From Anthoceros angustus (lineage: Eukaryota > Plantae > Anthocerotophyta): a stretch of 64,000 nucleotides of DNA. Of the stretch, positions 14,468 through 24,646 are shown in pieces. The position numbers and the translations under genes were made by a program. Positions within the stretch are counted from its first letter, which is position 1. Each line of letters starts with the position of its first letter. Under the pieces are notes generated by a model, which ran no database searches, was not told the origin of the DNA, and saw only the letters and a program-made list of their open reading frames with translations. The stretch is from positions 1,798,001-1,862,000 of the forward strand of contig MU008161.1 in assembly GCA_010909165.1 (NCBI GenBank), read 5' to 3'.

Positions 14468-15111
14468 ATGACAACGGCGTCGATGTCGTGGTTCAAGATG
14501 AACGGGGGAGTTCGCAGCTTGCAATTGGCAGCACCATCTCTGGCACTGGCATTTGCTGTGTGCGCACTACTCGGTGCAGCAGAAGCTCAGTCGGAGAGTA
14601 ATGTGTACACCACTTACAATTTGTACGATCCAGCCGGCAACAACTGGTCGCTCGATGGCCTCTACTGCGCTACTGTGGACAACGACCAGTCGCTGGCCTG
14701 GAAGCAGCAGTACCTATGGACTGCCTACTGCGCCTCCGCTGTCGCCATGGATCTCAGCGTCTGCGGCCGCTGCATCTCGGTCTGTCTTCTCTCCGCTCTT
14801 GCCGGATTCACAATCACTGCAGCCTTGAATGCTCGGATCGCGATTAGGTCGTCCAGGAAGAAATCCGTGAATGACTTTTCAATGCAAACCTGAACACAGT
14901 GTACAGATTTGTACAGATTAGTCATAACGCCGCCTTGTGATTGCAGGTGACCAACCCGGGCACAGGAGCCAGTGTGACTGTGAGGATACTGGACAAGTGT
15001 GCCAACGGGGGCTTAGATCTGGAACAAAACGCCTTCAATGCCATCGACACCGACGGCGCCGGCTACAACGCTGGCCACTTAGTTACCAGTTACAATTTTG
15101 TGAATTGTTGA
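14468..15111 (+). CDS. PR4: Barwin-domain PR-4 protein (class II), copy 2
   Basis: join(14468..14779,14947..15111), with the intron at the same position as in copy 1. Signal peptide, TYNLYDP...LYCATVD...WTAYCAS...CGRCISVTNP...[11 protein letters not shown]...GHL...FVNC*. TATAAA at 14434-14439. Confidence 0.93.
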
Positions 15112-15799
15112 ATTGGATGTGTTCCAGCCTCAGCCTAGCAAGTGCCGCAACCGACACCGTGGCCCTTGGCTGTAGATTTGTCAAAATGTGAAGCCTCACA
15201 ACATTGCCGCTCTAAATCTGACGGTTTCTCTTCTCAAATTCTCCCCTTCCCGCTTCCTCCCTCCCCGTCCCTCCCCGTCAGACGGACCAAGGGCTTCCCT
15301 AGGGGTTCGATCTGGTGCATAAAGAGAAGCACAGATAGAAGCACGTTAAGTTTACCAAGATGTTAGGTTTAAGATGTTAGGTTTAAAAGAATAGTACCGA
15401 TGTGTTGAGTGGGCAGGTTAAAAATTGGTGCAACACAATCTATATTAAAGTTCAGGATAAATAGGGTTATAGAGCATGTCAAGGCCAAGGGGCTATATAT
15501 ATATATCCATAATATATTAATTTTAATGTAATCAACTTGAGATCAAGGGGCTACATATGTATGTATAGCACACTCACTTTAATGTAATGAACGTGAGATC
15601 AAAGGGCTATATATGTATGCATAGTATACCAATTTTAATGTAATGAACTTGAAATTTTTTATTTTCTAGTAGTATATAGTTTTCAGTAAAATACCAGATT
15701 TTGTATCAAACTAATCGAGACTGCTCGTCCACCAAGCCAGTCAAATGTAAGTCCTGAAGACGGTTCATCAAGTTTGTGTCTCCGACTCTCAGACTGAGC

Positions 15800-15943
15800 A
15801 ACTCTAAGTATGTAGTGTGGCTTAAACGCCCTTTCCTCTTGTCGGTGTTTGTAGGGTGGAAGAGCTGAATTGAAACTACCGTACTTGGATTAGTGATATA
15901 CAGCTGTAAGTAGCTCTCCGGCATTCACTACATACTTAGAGTT
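15800..15943. repeat. Perfect 18-bp inverted repeat around a 108-bp spacer
   Basis: aactctaagtatgtagtg (15800-15817) is the exact reverse complement of cactacatacttagagtt (15926-15943). Confidence 0.9.
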
Positions 15944-16196
15944 TTAAACCTCAAAAACGTGAACGTGTTAGAGTTTAAAATTTTGTGCCTCGGCTGCTAG
16001 GGATCCAACTTACAGGGTCGCTCGTGAGGCGTGAGAGGGTGAGTCGGACGCCGCTACGCGCCGCTGGCTGTTTGATCTGAGCGGCACGCCCTGTTGCTGC
16101 TAGGTTTGAACTCTGCACTTGTCTTCTGAGTTGGCAGTTGCGGGGCCTGGGCCTGGACGGCGAGCTGCTTGATCTTGAGCAGCCCCAATCGGCGCG

Positions 16197-18044
16197 ATGG
16201 CGCAAGTCAAGTCGTGGAAGCCTGCTGATATGTCCAGTAGCTCCGAGGAGGAGGATGGCGAGTCGGAGTCGTCGGGCGCCAGCGTGGACGTGACCAAGAA
16301 ACCAGCAGCTCCTGGTGCCTATGGGAACAAGGCTACGTTAATTGTAGGCCGCGCGGGTGGCGCCGCGAAGCCTGCTGCCGTTGTGGACCAGCCTGCGAAG
16401 CGAGCAAGGGACTTGGCTGAGGAGGACAAGGCTGTTACAGAGCCGGAGAGTAAGAGGAAGAAGCAAGCTCCGGAGAAAAGTAAAGCGGGGAAGGCTGAAA
16501 ATGGAGTGGAGAAGAAGGCTCCCCCTCCCCCCGCTAAAGCTTTGACCAAGAAGGAGCGCAAGGCCGCGGAAAAGGCGCGAATCGTGAAGGAGGCGGAAAG
16601 GGACAAGGAGGAGGTCAAGGAGAAGGAGGAGGAGAAGGAGAAGGAGAAGGAGAGGGATAAGGAAAAAGAGAAGGAGAAGGAAAAGGAGAAGGTAAAGGAG
16701 AAAGAGAATCCTAAGTTTTTGGACAAGGATGTAACGGCTGTGCCAGAGAAGAAGACTGGTAAGTCGAAGAAGCAAGCTCGGGAGGTTGAGGCCGTCAAAG
16801 CTGAGGAGTCGCCGAGGTCGACTCCACCGCAGAAGAATGTTACCGGGGAAACGCCTGCTAAGGCTAAGAACAACACGCATTGGAGTTTTAATGATGAGAT
16901 GCTCCTTTCGTCAGAGATTCTAGCGCATATGAAACCAGGGCAAAAAGTGACAGGGAGTCGGGGGGATACGTTTTTCCTGCAGCTGACCAAGGACTTGGAA
17001 GGGAAGCTGGAGGGACCATGGGGCAAGGAGCAGGTTTCTGATAAAGTCAGGCGGATGAAGGTTAGGGCTCAATTTCTTGAGAAGAGTCTTCAGGATAAAA
17101 GCTCGGGTCCTAGGTTCAAGAACGAACGAGAGGAGAAGTTATACAACGCCTACTGGAAGAAGATTTGGGGTAGTACACCTGAGCCTCCTCCTCCTACGCC
17201 CGAAAAGGCCCCCATCTCTGTGAATGAGTCGGAGGATGAATCTGAGGAAGATGAAGATGAAGTTATTGCAGGAGAAGTTCAGGATGCTAAGTCGGCTGTG
17301 TCAGTGGATAGCGAGACCAGCTCGCAGGATTCCAAGGGCAAGAAGGATGAAGAGGAGGAGGAGGAGGAGGAGGAGACGAAGACTGTGGGTGAGAATGTTG
17401 AGGATGATAGCCAAAGTTCCTTGCCCACCCAAGGTGACATCCAGACTGCGCAAAATGGAGCCGTGCCTGATAGTCTGGCACGGGTGGTGGAGAGAGAGAG
17501 ACCACGAGCAATTTCTGAAAATCAAATTGCTCGCAAAGGAGATGATGGCAAGGGTGTGGCCAGTACAGTCAGAGGCACTGATGATATGGATGTGGACCAG
17601 GAAAGGGCACCCGAAGCACACCATGGGCATGCTTCCAACAAGCAGCCTGAAGCATCAGATAGCCGTGTCCTGGCTTTGCTTGCTAGTTTGGAGAGACAGG
17701 TTTCGTCAATCAAGCAGGATCAGGAGAAGACTCTGTCCCTTCTAGAGGGTGTGACAGTGCACCAGAATGTACTAATCTCCTTGATTGAAGGTCTTGCTGC
17801 ACGTGTTCCTGGTGTCACCATGCCGATGTTTAGTCCTAATCCTGGATTCCTGGGACGTGCAGCGATTCCTCCCAATGGTTTGCATGGTAGGGATGGGGTA
17901 GAGCATTTGAGGTTGCAGCAACAGTGGAGGGAACTTGACATGGATGAGCTTGGCTGTGTAGCTAAACGATGTCAGCTGTTGCAAGAGCTGCATAAATTGC
18001 ACGAAGAGGAACTTCAGCTTCTTCGGAGCAAGGTGCAGAGCTGA
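16197..18044 (+). CDS. GeBP/STOREKEEPER-like (DUF573) DNA-binding protein, intronless
   Basis: 615-aa ORF. Central motif WSFNDEMLL...FFLQL...QVSDKVRRMK resembles the GeBP domain (WSEEDEI...DKIRRLK). C-terminal LQQQWRELDMDEL...KRCQLL resembles the family's conserved coiled tail. Long K/E-rich and acidic low-complexity regions. Confidence 0.75.
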   Translation: MAQVKSWKPADMSSSSEEEDGESESSGASVDVTKKPAAPGAYGNKATLIVGRAGGAAKPAAVVDQPAKRARDLAEEDKAVTEPESKRKKQAPEKSKAGKAENGVEKKAPPPPAKALTKKERKAAEKARIVKEAERDKEEVKEKEEEKEKEKERDKEKEKEKEKEKVKEKENPKFLDKDVTAVPEKKTGKSKKQAREVEAVKAEESPRSTPPQKNVTGETPAKAKNNTHWSFNDEMLLSSEILAHMKPGQKVTGSRGDTFFLQLTKDLEGKLEGPWGKEQVSDKVRRMKVRAQFLEKSLQDKSSGPRFKNEREEKLYNAYWKKIWGSTPEPPPPTPEKAPISVNESEDESEEDEDEVIAGEVQDAKSAVSVDSETSSQDSKGKKDEEEEEEEEETKTVGENVEDDSQSSLPTQGDIQTAQNGAVPDSLARVVERERPRAISENQIARKGDDGKGVASTVRGTDDMDVDQERAPEAHHGHASNKQPEASDSRVLALLASLERQVSSIKQDQEKTLSLLEGVTVHQNVLISLIEGLAARVPGVTMPMFSPNPGFLGRAAIPPNGLHGRDGVEHLRLQQQWRELDMDELGCVAKRCQLLQELHKLHEEELQLLRSKVQS

Positions 18045-18648
18045 GCCGTGGAAGTAATGCCTCTTGAATTGTAACCCTAGATGTACCTTTGCGGTTCCTC
18101 TTAAACTCTTTTAACGTCCGGCTGCCGCCAAAGAGCGCCCTCCAAGCCACAGATGACCTCCACGGCAGGACCTAGAAATTGGCCTTGTGCCGTGTCTCTG
18201 GGTGTAGTATTATTACAGGGTACTGCCGAAAAAATTTTGCTATGTAAGTAGTGCAGACTGGGACAATTTTCTACGCTGCACTGTAGGCGGAGAGCGGGCG
18301 TAATTTTGCTATATCGCTGTGTAGAACAACTGTCATCCCGTTCCCTTAAGAGAACCATGCTGAGGTCTTTGTGAAGCCTTTTTATCTTCCTGGCTGACTC
18401 TTGTTCGGTAGCTGGTTCTCCGACGCAGATTGTGTGCTACTGGTGTGATATAAATTGTGGACACACAAGGTCATTTAATGTAGTGAGAGCAAACCCTGTC
18501 GCCAGCCGATGAAAGACGGCAATAGGTAGTGACGCGTGATGCAATATACAATAAAAATTTTCATATTACAACGGCGCTGGAGGTGTCTTTTTATTCCATC
18601 AGTATTCGTCAACTCCCATGCGAACGCAGGAGACCATTGTTCTCCCGT

Positions 18649-21060
18649 CTATAGGGAGCTGCTGCGTGCAACATGTTCTAACCACCCAGCCACATCAGAC
18701 ATGCCTGGCCGCTCTATTGAGGCTGTTCTCACACAAAGTTCCGCGATTTCTGCTATTCTCAGCAGGGCCTCGACATTTTTTGGCAGCTCCAAGCTGCGGT
18801 CCAGTATAGAAACAGTTTTTCCCTGCTGGATACAAGGCACTGCCCATTCCACGATATGACCAGGTTGAAACTCTGAGTCATGAACCTTTCTTCCACTAAC
18901 TATCTCCAGAAGAACTACTCCAAAACTGTACACATCACTTTTATCAGTGAATGTCTGTGTTTGAAGATACTCCGGATCCAAGTAGCCCATCTCACTCAGT
19001 TGTGGAGTGGATGCTAAGGCTGCTTTCTCCATCCCTGAAAGACTCAAGCCGAAATCTGCAACACGAGCTCCCCACTCCCCATCCAGCAAAATGTTAGAGG
19101 ATTTAATATCCTTGTGCACAATTCGCGGTGAGGCGTCTTTATGCAGGTACTCTATTCCTCGAGCCGATTGTGTTGCAATCTTCACGCGCAATCCCCAACT
19201 CAAAACGGAAAGACCACCGTGAAGATGATCATGCAGAGTCCCATGAGGCATGAACTCATACACCAACAATCGCTCCCCCATCTCCTCACAGTAGCCCAGC
19301 AGATTAACCAGATTGGCATGATGCAGCTTACAGAGGATTTCTAACTCAGCTTCAAAGTCTCTGCTGTTGCTCTGTATTCTTCGAGCAGCATTCGCCCTCT
19401 TCACTGCCACCTGCCGCCCGTCTGCAAGAGTAGCTCTGTAGACAAATCCATAATTCCCCCTGCCTAGTTCGTTGACCTCTTTGAATCCATTTGTGGCATC
19501 CCGCAACTCTGTTAACCTAAACGCTTGAGTCCTTATAACCATTTCATGAGTGTTACGGCGACCAGGACCACTGCTTCCAAGGGAAGAAGACAAACTTGAA
19601 GATGTGTGAACTAGCCCATTCTGCCCTGTCATTTCTGAGTCAGAGCCACAGGCAAACATCAAGTACCTCCCCCTGCGCCTGATCATGAGACAACATGACA
19701 CTGCAGCACCAACGAAAAATACAAAAAGCCCGCCACCTGTGGCAACACCGATGATGACACCCATGCTTGTAGTTGTTGACTTGCCGCCCTTCACAGTCAC
19801 CATGCCATTGCCTGCTTGAGGTTGGCCCGTGAGACTTGCATGTGGGTCTGGACTGTAAGCAGGAGCAGGTCCTCCAGTCACACAAGCACTTTGACATCCT
19901 TGATTTTGACATTGCGAACAAGGAGCACACTGTAAGTCAGAGTCGGCGGAGCACCTCATAGACACATAATTGCCCTTTGGACAACCCTGAGCACACGGGG
20001 AGCAGATCCTTTGTGAGGGGTCAGTGCACACACTTGCAGGTACTCCAATCGCACTTGCATTGTAGTAGAATTCTCCATCCTTGCAGGAATCTGTACCACA
20101 TATACCTGGGCTGAAAAGCTGCAAGGGTGCTGCGTAGTCTGTACCATTACCCCAGCATGATACAAGGAGGTTTGTTTCGCTGACTGCACAGCTTACTTGA
20201 CCTCCAGTGATGGCTAGATACCCAGAACCCACAGAAACATTGAATACCGTGCCTCCCCAACATTGCACTTCATGTGTGTCAACCCTTATCCCACAGGTAC
20301 CGGCAAATCCCCCGGCCAAAGCAGTAAACTTGAGAAGTGGAGGCCCAGCCTGTCCTGTGCTGTTGTCACCCCAACACTTCACAAGTTGAGTGTCGTTAAC
20401 TATGCCGCATACGTGGTTGATACCTGAGGAAAGGCTTTGAAAGATATCACTTGGAGGCTGATTCATCAGGCTACCCCAGCAGAAAGCTGTGCCGTCCACT
20501 CTTGAGGTGCCGCATGTGAAATTTTTTCCCGCAACAACAGAGCTGGCAGGGGTGGATGGAGGAGATGATTCTCCTGAAAAGTTGGAGCCCCAGCAGTCAA
20601 CTTTGCCGGGAGCTGGAGCCGACTCACCGTGCACCGCACATACATGAGTATGTCCCACTGCGATAGATGAGTACGGGACGCCCGTGTACTGGGGAGGAAC
20701 AACATTCAGACCAGTATTGTTACCTGACCAGCAATAGGGCTGATAAGAGTTGGCCTGTAGTCCACAAACCATCCCACGACCCCCAGAGAGGCCCGCAAAT
20801 CCTATGTTCTCCGGGCCGTCAAATTGCCCCTGAGGGCTGCTGGCATTCCGCCCCCAGCATGTGACTTTCTGCTGATCACTGGCCTTGATTGCACAAACAA
20901 ACCCCGGATCTCCATATGAGGCCGCAACCGTGGTCATATACCCCAAGCATTCGGTTCTCAAAGGAAAGGTTGCAAGCAGCCCCAGCATAATGAGAAGCAA
21001 TCGAGTGGCCGAGAAGATGGGAATGCTGGATTTCGGTGGCTCTCGATGCGTGGAATTGCA
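18649..21060 (-). CDS. CR4: CRINKLY4-family receptor-like kinase (ACR4/CCR1/CCR2 type), intronless; exact start uncertain (frame is open to 21492)
   Basis: Signal-like LLLIMLGLLATFPLRTECLG, then YMTTVAASYG, crinkly (RCC1-like) repeats (VCGL...CW, HVCAV...CWG, FTCG...CWG), TNFR-like Cys-rich region (CSPCAQGCPKG...CSADSDLQCAPC), TM helix (VIIGVATGGGLFVFFVGAAV) and kinase domain (GRGNYGFVY, VAVKR, DFG, GYLDPEY, SDVYSFG). Stop at 18649-18651. Confidence 0.93.
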   Translation of the reverse strand, partial: CNSTHREPPKSSIPIFSATRLLLIMLGLLATFPLRTECLGYMTTVAASYGDPGFVCAIKASDQQKVTCWGRNASSPQGQFDGPENIGFAGLSGGRGMVCGLQANSYQPYCWSGNNTGLNVVPPQYTGVPYSSIAVGHTHVCAVHGESAPAPGKVDCWGSNFSGESSPPSTPASSVVAGKNFTCGTSRVDGTAFCWGSLMNQPPSDIFQSLSSGINHVCGIVNDTQLVKCWGDNSTGQAGPPLLKFTALAGGFAGTCGIRVDTHEVQCWGGTVFNVSVGSGYLAITGGQVSCAVSETNLLVSCWGNGTDYAAPLQLFSPGICGTDSCKDGEFYYNASAIGVPASVCTDPSQRICSPCAQGCPKGNYVSMRCSADSDLQCAPCSQCQNQGCQSACVTGGPAPAYSPDPHASLTGQPQAGNGMVTVKGGKSTTTSMGVIIGVATGGGLFVFFVGAAVSCCLMIRRRGRYLMFACGSDSEMTGQNGLVHTSSSLSSSLGSSGPGRRNTHEMVIRTQAFRLTELRDATNGFKEVNELGRGNYGFVYRATLADGRQVAVKRANAARRIQSNSRDFEAELEILCKLHHANLVNLLGYCEEMGERLLVYEFMPHGTLHDHLHGGLSVLSWGLRVKIATQSARGIEYLHKDASPRIVHKDIKSSNILLDGEWGARVADFGLSLSGMEKAALASTPQLSEMGYLDPEYLQTQTFTDKSDVYSFGVVLLEIVSGRKVHDSEFQPGHIVEWAVPCIQQGKTVSILDRSLELPKNVEALLRIAEIAELCVRTASIERPGMSDVAGWLEHVARSSSL

Positions 21061-23793
21061 CAAGTCATAGGTCCCGTGACAACGTGACCACGCTTTCCTG
21101 CCATGATCGCCAATTGACAGCAGAGTGCGCGGCCCGGACCGCCTTTTTCTTGCCTGCCTTGTGCGGTGACCTGCTAACATATGTGCTCCAGGCAGCCACG
21201 GTGAAGGCGGTGGCAAGCTGGTGGCGGCACCATGATCCGCTTCAGAGGCAAGGAGACCGCGAAGAATGTCCAGCAGCAGAAGCACAAGGGTGGTAATCTC
21301 CTTCCCGGCAATTGCAGAACAGCTCAGAACCATAAGTGCCTGTTCCCAGCCGTCTGCTCCAACTCCCAGTCCCAGCTGCCCTAGTAGATCTGCGTGCGGC
21401 CAGTTCCACAGCAGACCAACTGCCATTAACCGATGGGCAATCAGGAAGAAGTCGGCGTGCGCACCGAGGAGGAGCCAGCTTCGAGTGGCCACGGAGACGC
21501 TGCGTGCTCCGCATCAGACCCGAAGCTGGCAAGGCCACGTCCGGTTCCCGCTCCCAGGATCTCACACCGGCAACCTGTGACGGCGCACGAGGGGCGGATT
21601 CGGCATCTGAAGCAGCGCAGGATGCCATGAGAAGCGTAACCAAACCAGGACGCAAGGCATTGCATGAGAAGCTAATACAGAGGAAGCCATGACGGAAGCA
21701 GGACGCAGGATTAGGATTCTCACCACCATTCTTGCCTGCCTGCGCCTGCGCCTGCCCCCCCTCCTGCCGGCCCGCGGCATGTGCGCAAGGCAGCGAGACA
21801 GAACATTGCGAGCTGCTGCCGGGTCGTAGCGCGGCGCTGGTGCCTTACATGGTGAGGCAACTTCAAGGCTCCGGATCCTCCAAGCGGATGCTGCGGGCAA
21901 GACCTGCTGGGGCGGATCCCCTCCCCCTCCAAGAATTGCAGGGTGCAGGAAATGCGAGTGCTGTCCTGGCTCCTGCTCCGGCCCAGGAAACAGACAGTGC
22001 GGGCAGCAGGTCGTGTTCCCTTTCCCGGCCGGTATCCAGGTCGGGATTCAATCATTCCCCTCCCCTCTGCGCACCTGTAGAGCAGAGATGCGAGGCACAA
22101 AGGGCTGGAGGCGGGGTCCGACTAAGAGAGAGGAGGGCCGGAATTCCAAGTGCAGCAGCCGGGGCGGGCACCATGGCCGGGGACGCAGGCGAAAGCAACG
22201 CAAGTAGAGCGCACACACATGTCGGGGGCAGGGCGTGGGTAAATTTGGGGAAGCAGCAGCAGTCACGCAGCGGTAGGAGGGGCAGGAGGAGGCGGAGGCA
22301 CAGGCGCAGGCCAAGGCAAGAAGCAAGAAGCGTGGGTGGGGCGAGCAGGGGGGCAAGAGAAGAAAGAGTAAAAAAGGAGGCGGTGGCAGTGGCAGTGGCC
22401 CAGCCTTAGGCCCAGGCCCAGGAGAGCATTGCATCACATTCCACAAGCCGGAAAGCAACAGAAAGCGGCAGCAGGCCCACCGCGCTGCTGCGCCTGCAGG
22501 CGCTGCGGCATGGGATGAGAAGAAGCCGGGCCAGGAAGAGTCACAGAGGCGGGAAGAAAGGGTGAGCGAAGGACGGGGGCCCGCTGCTACAGCACCGTGC
22601 TATTGCGATGCAGACTGGCTGCTGCTCCTCCTGCTACTGCGGTTGCAGTCATCAGTCGTGGTGAGCAGTGATCACAGAGAGATTAAGCATGGAATTGGCG
22701 GTTTCCTCTCAGCCGCGGCCGCTGGCGCTGACGCTGGCTGCGGGAAAGACAGGCTGCAATTTGTGGTGCGCGCGAGTTGCAGGCCGCAGATTTGCCACAG
22801 CGCAGGGAGGGGAGAGGCGGAACCTGGTGACTGAAGCCCAAGCTAGGCTGGCACGCAAATCGAGGGACAAGGATGGCACGTGACGGCCCGCCATTCCGCG
22901 ATCACATCCTTCCCTCATCCTTCAAGCTTTGCTGCTATATCGTCGCATCGTCCGCGTCATCTGCAACATCTGCATAGCCTCGCCTGGCAGTGGTAATCTC
23001 CTTCCCCTTCCCGCCATAAATGATGGTTTTTTAGGGCAGGAATGCTGCATCTCACTCGCCCGTCATCGGTCCGCCTGACCGGCCCCCTTTCACACACGCG
23101 CGAGTGCCTTTTACCTTCATGCATGTACATATGTACTTGCCGCTTAGGGCTTGGCGGGCCGGGGCGGCGGCAAGGCAAGGCAAGGCAAGGCATCCTCATT
23201 GTTCATGCATGCCATGCCGCATGCGTCGCCACCGCGGCCCCTAAGGCCGCCCGCAATGCCTTTATTACACACAAACCCCCGCGCATCTGCGTTCACACAG
23301 GAGCCGGAGGTACAGGCCGGTGATCCTGGCAATCCCAAATCTACACACGATCCCATGACGTAAATCGTGTGTCGCAGCATCTCGTCTCGTCTCCTTGAGC
23401 AATTCGATTCAACAGAACGTTATGTGGCGCTTGCACCGACGGTTGGAGTACTGTGTGATGGTGTTGTTTCTTCGCATGCAAGCCCGAGGGCGGCTTTCGG
23501 GAAGCAGCGTACAGTGCATCTTCCTTCCGCGCTTCATTATTTCATCACGATGCTTGGAAGCCGGTTTCCTGGACGGACGCGGCCAGACAGCACGAACGCC
23601 GGAGGACGAGGAGGTGGTAGGGTTTTATCGCGGTGGTTGCTGATTCCGAGGGTGCGGGGGACCCGGCCCTGGGCCGGACCAGACCAGGAGAGCCAAGGAC
23701 TCCCAGCAGGCGCGGCAGCTGGCTGCGCTGCTGCTAACAGTCAAACACGGGAAGCCCCTGTAAAGCGGGTGTAGAGCCCCGTAGTGTGTGCTC

Positions 23794-23848
23794 GGCTGTA
23801 GGCTGTAGGCTGTAGGCTGTAGGCTGTAGGCTGCAGGCTGCAGGCTGC
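23794..23848. repeat. Heptamer microsatellite (GGCTGTA)5(GGCTGCA)2
   Basis: Read directly from the sequence. Confidence 0.9.
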
Positions 23849-24646
23849 GGGCGGGTGTGGATGGTGAGCCAGGAAGGACGGCTGGAGTGAGTGGCAGCGG
23901 AGCAGAACGAAAAGCAGGTGGTGCTCTCCTGTTGGGTGCCGATGTCGGTACCAGAAAGAGAAGAAGCGGCCAGATTCGGGTCCGGGTCCGGGGTCCGAGC
24001 TCCGAGCAGGGGCTCGGACCCAGTTCTCCAAATGGGGGACCGGTCTCTAGACCAAGCTGCAACGAGCCAAAAGGCGAGGGCGAAGGCGAGCCGAGCCAAT
24101 CGAGGAAGTGGCAGTGGCAGTCCCTGTGAACCTGAGCTGGTGTCATGCCAACTGTGATGTGCGCACTGCCAGGCCACCGCCTGCCATGGATATGTATCCG
24201 TGTACAAGTAGGTGTACCAGAGTGACGTACTCTTGCTGTATTGACTCCGATTCCTCGCTCGCTTGCGCTGTCGCCACATGCTGACACATGCTGCATCAAA
24301 ATGTTTCCTCACCTGCGGGCATCGGCAGCGCCGATGCCGGGTCCGAGTTCTGGTCGGGGCGAACATAGCATGCAGCGCTGTAGCTGCTCAACCCGACGCT
24401 GAAACACGAATGTGATAAATAAATCTGACAGGCGAGGCCTGGATGCATGACATGGTTCAACAAGCAGTCTACTGTTGTGTCCACATGTTAGTCTACTCTG
24501 GAGATGTCTGAGGCCAGCCCCAACATTACCTACCCGAGGCATGCTGCTGCTGCTCGCGGCCATGGCATCATCAGCTTGTTAGGTGTTAGATTAGCTAGCT
24601 CGGAATTGGAAGCTGCTGGATTCCTGCAAGTGCAAATGCTGATGCA

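Noticed and set aside
21242-24600. Many 100-225-aa ORFs between CR4 and the CPP gene
   Set aside because: Low-complexity, microsatellite-driven translations on both strands with no protein motifs. Consistent with UTR and promoter DNA.
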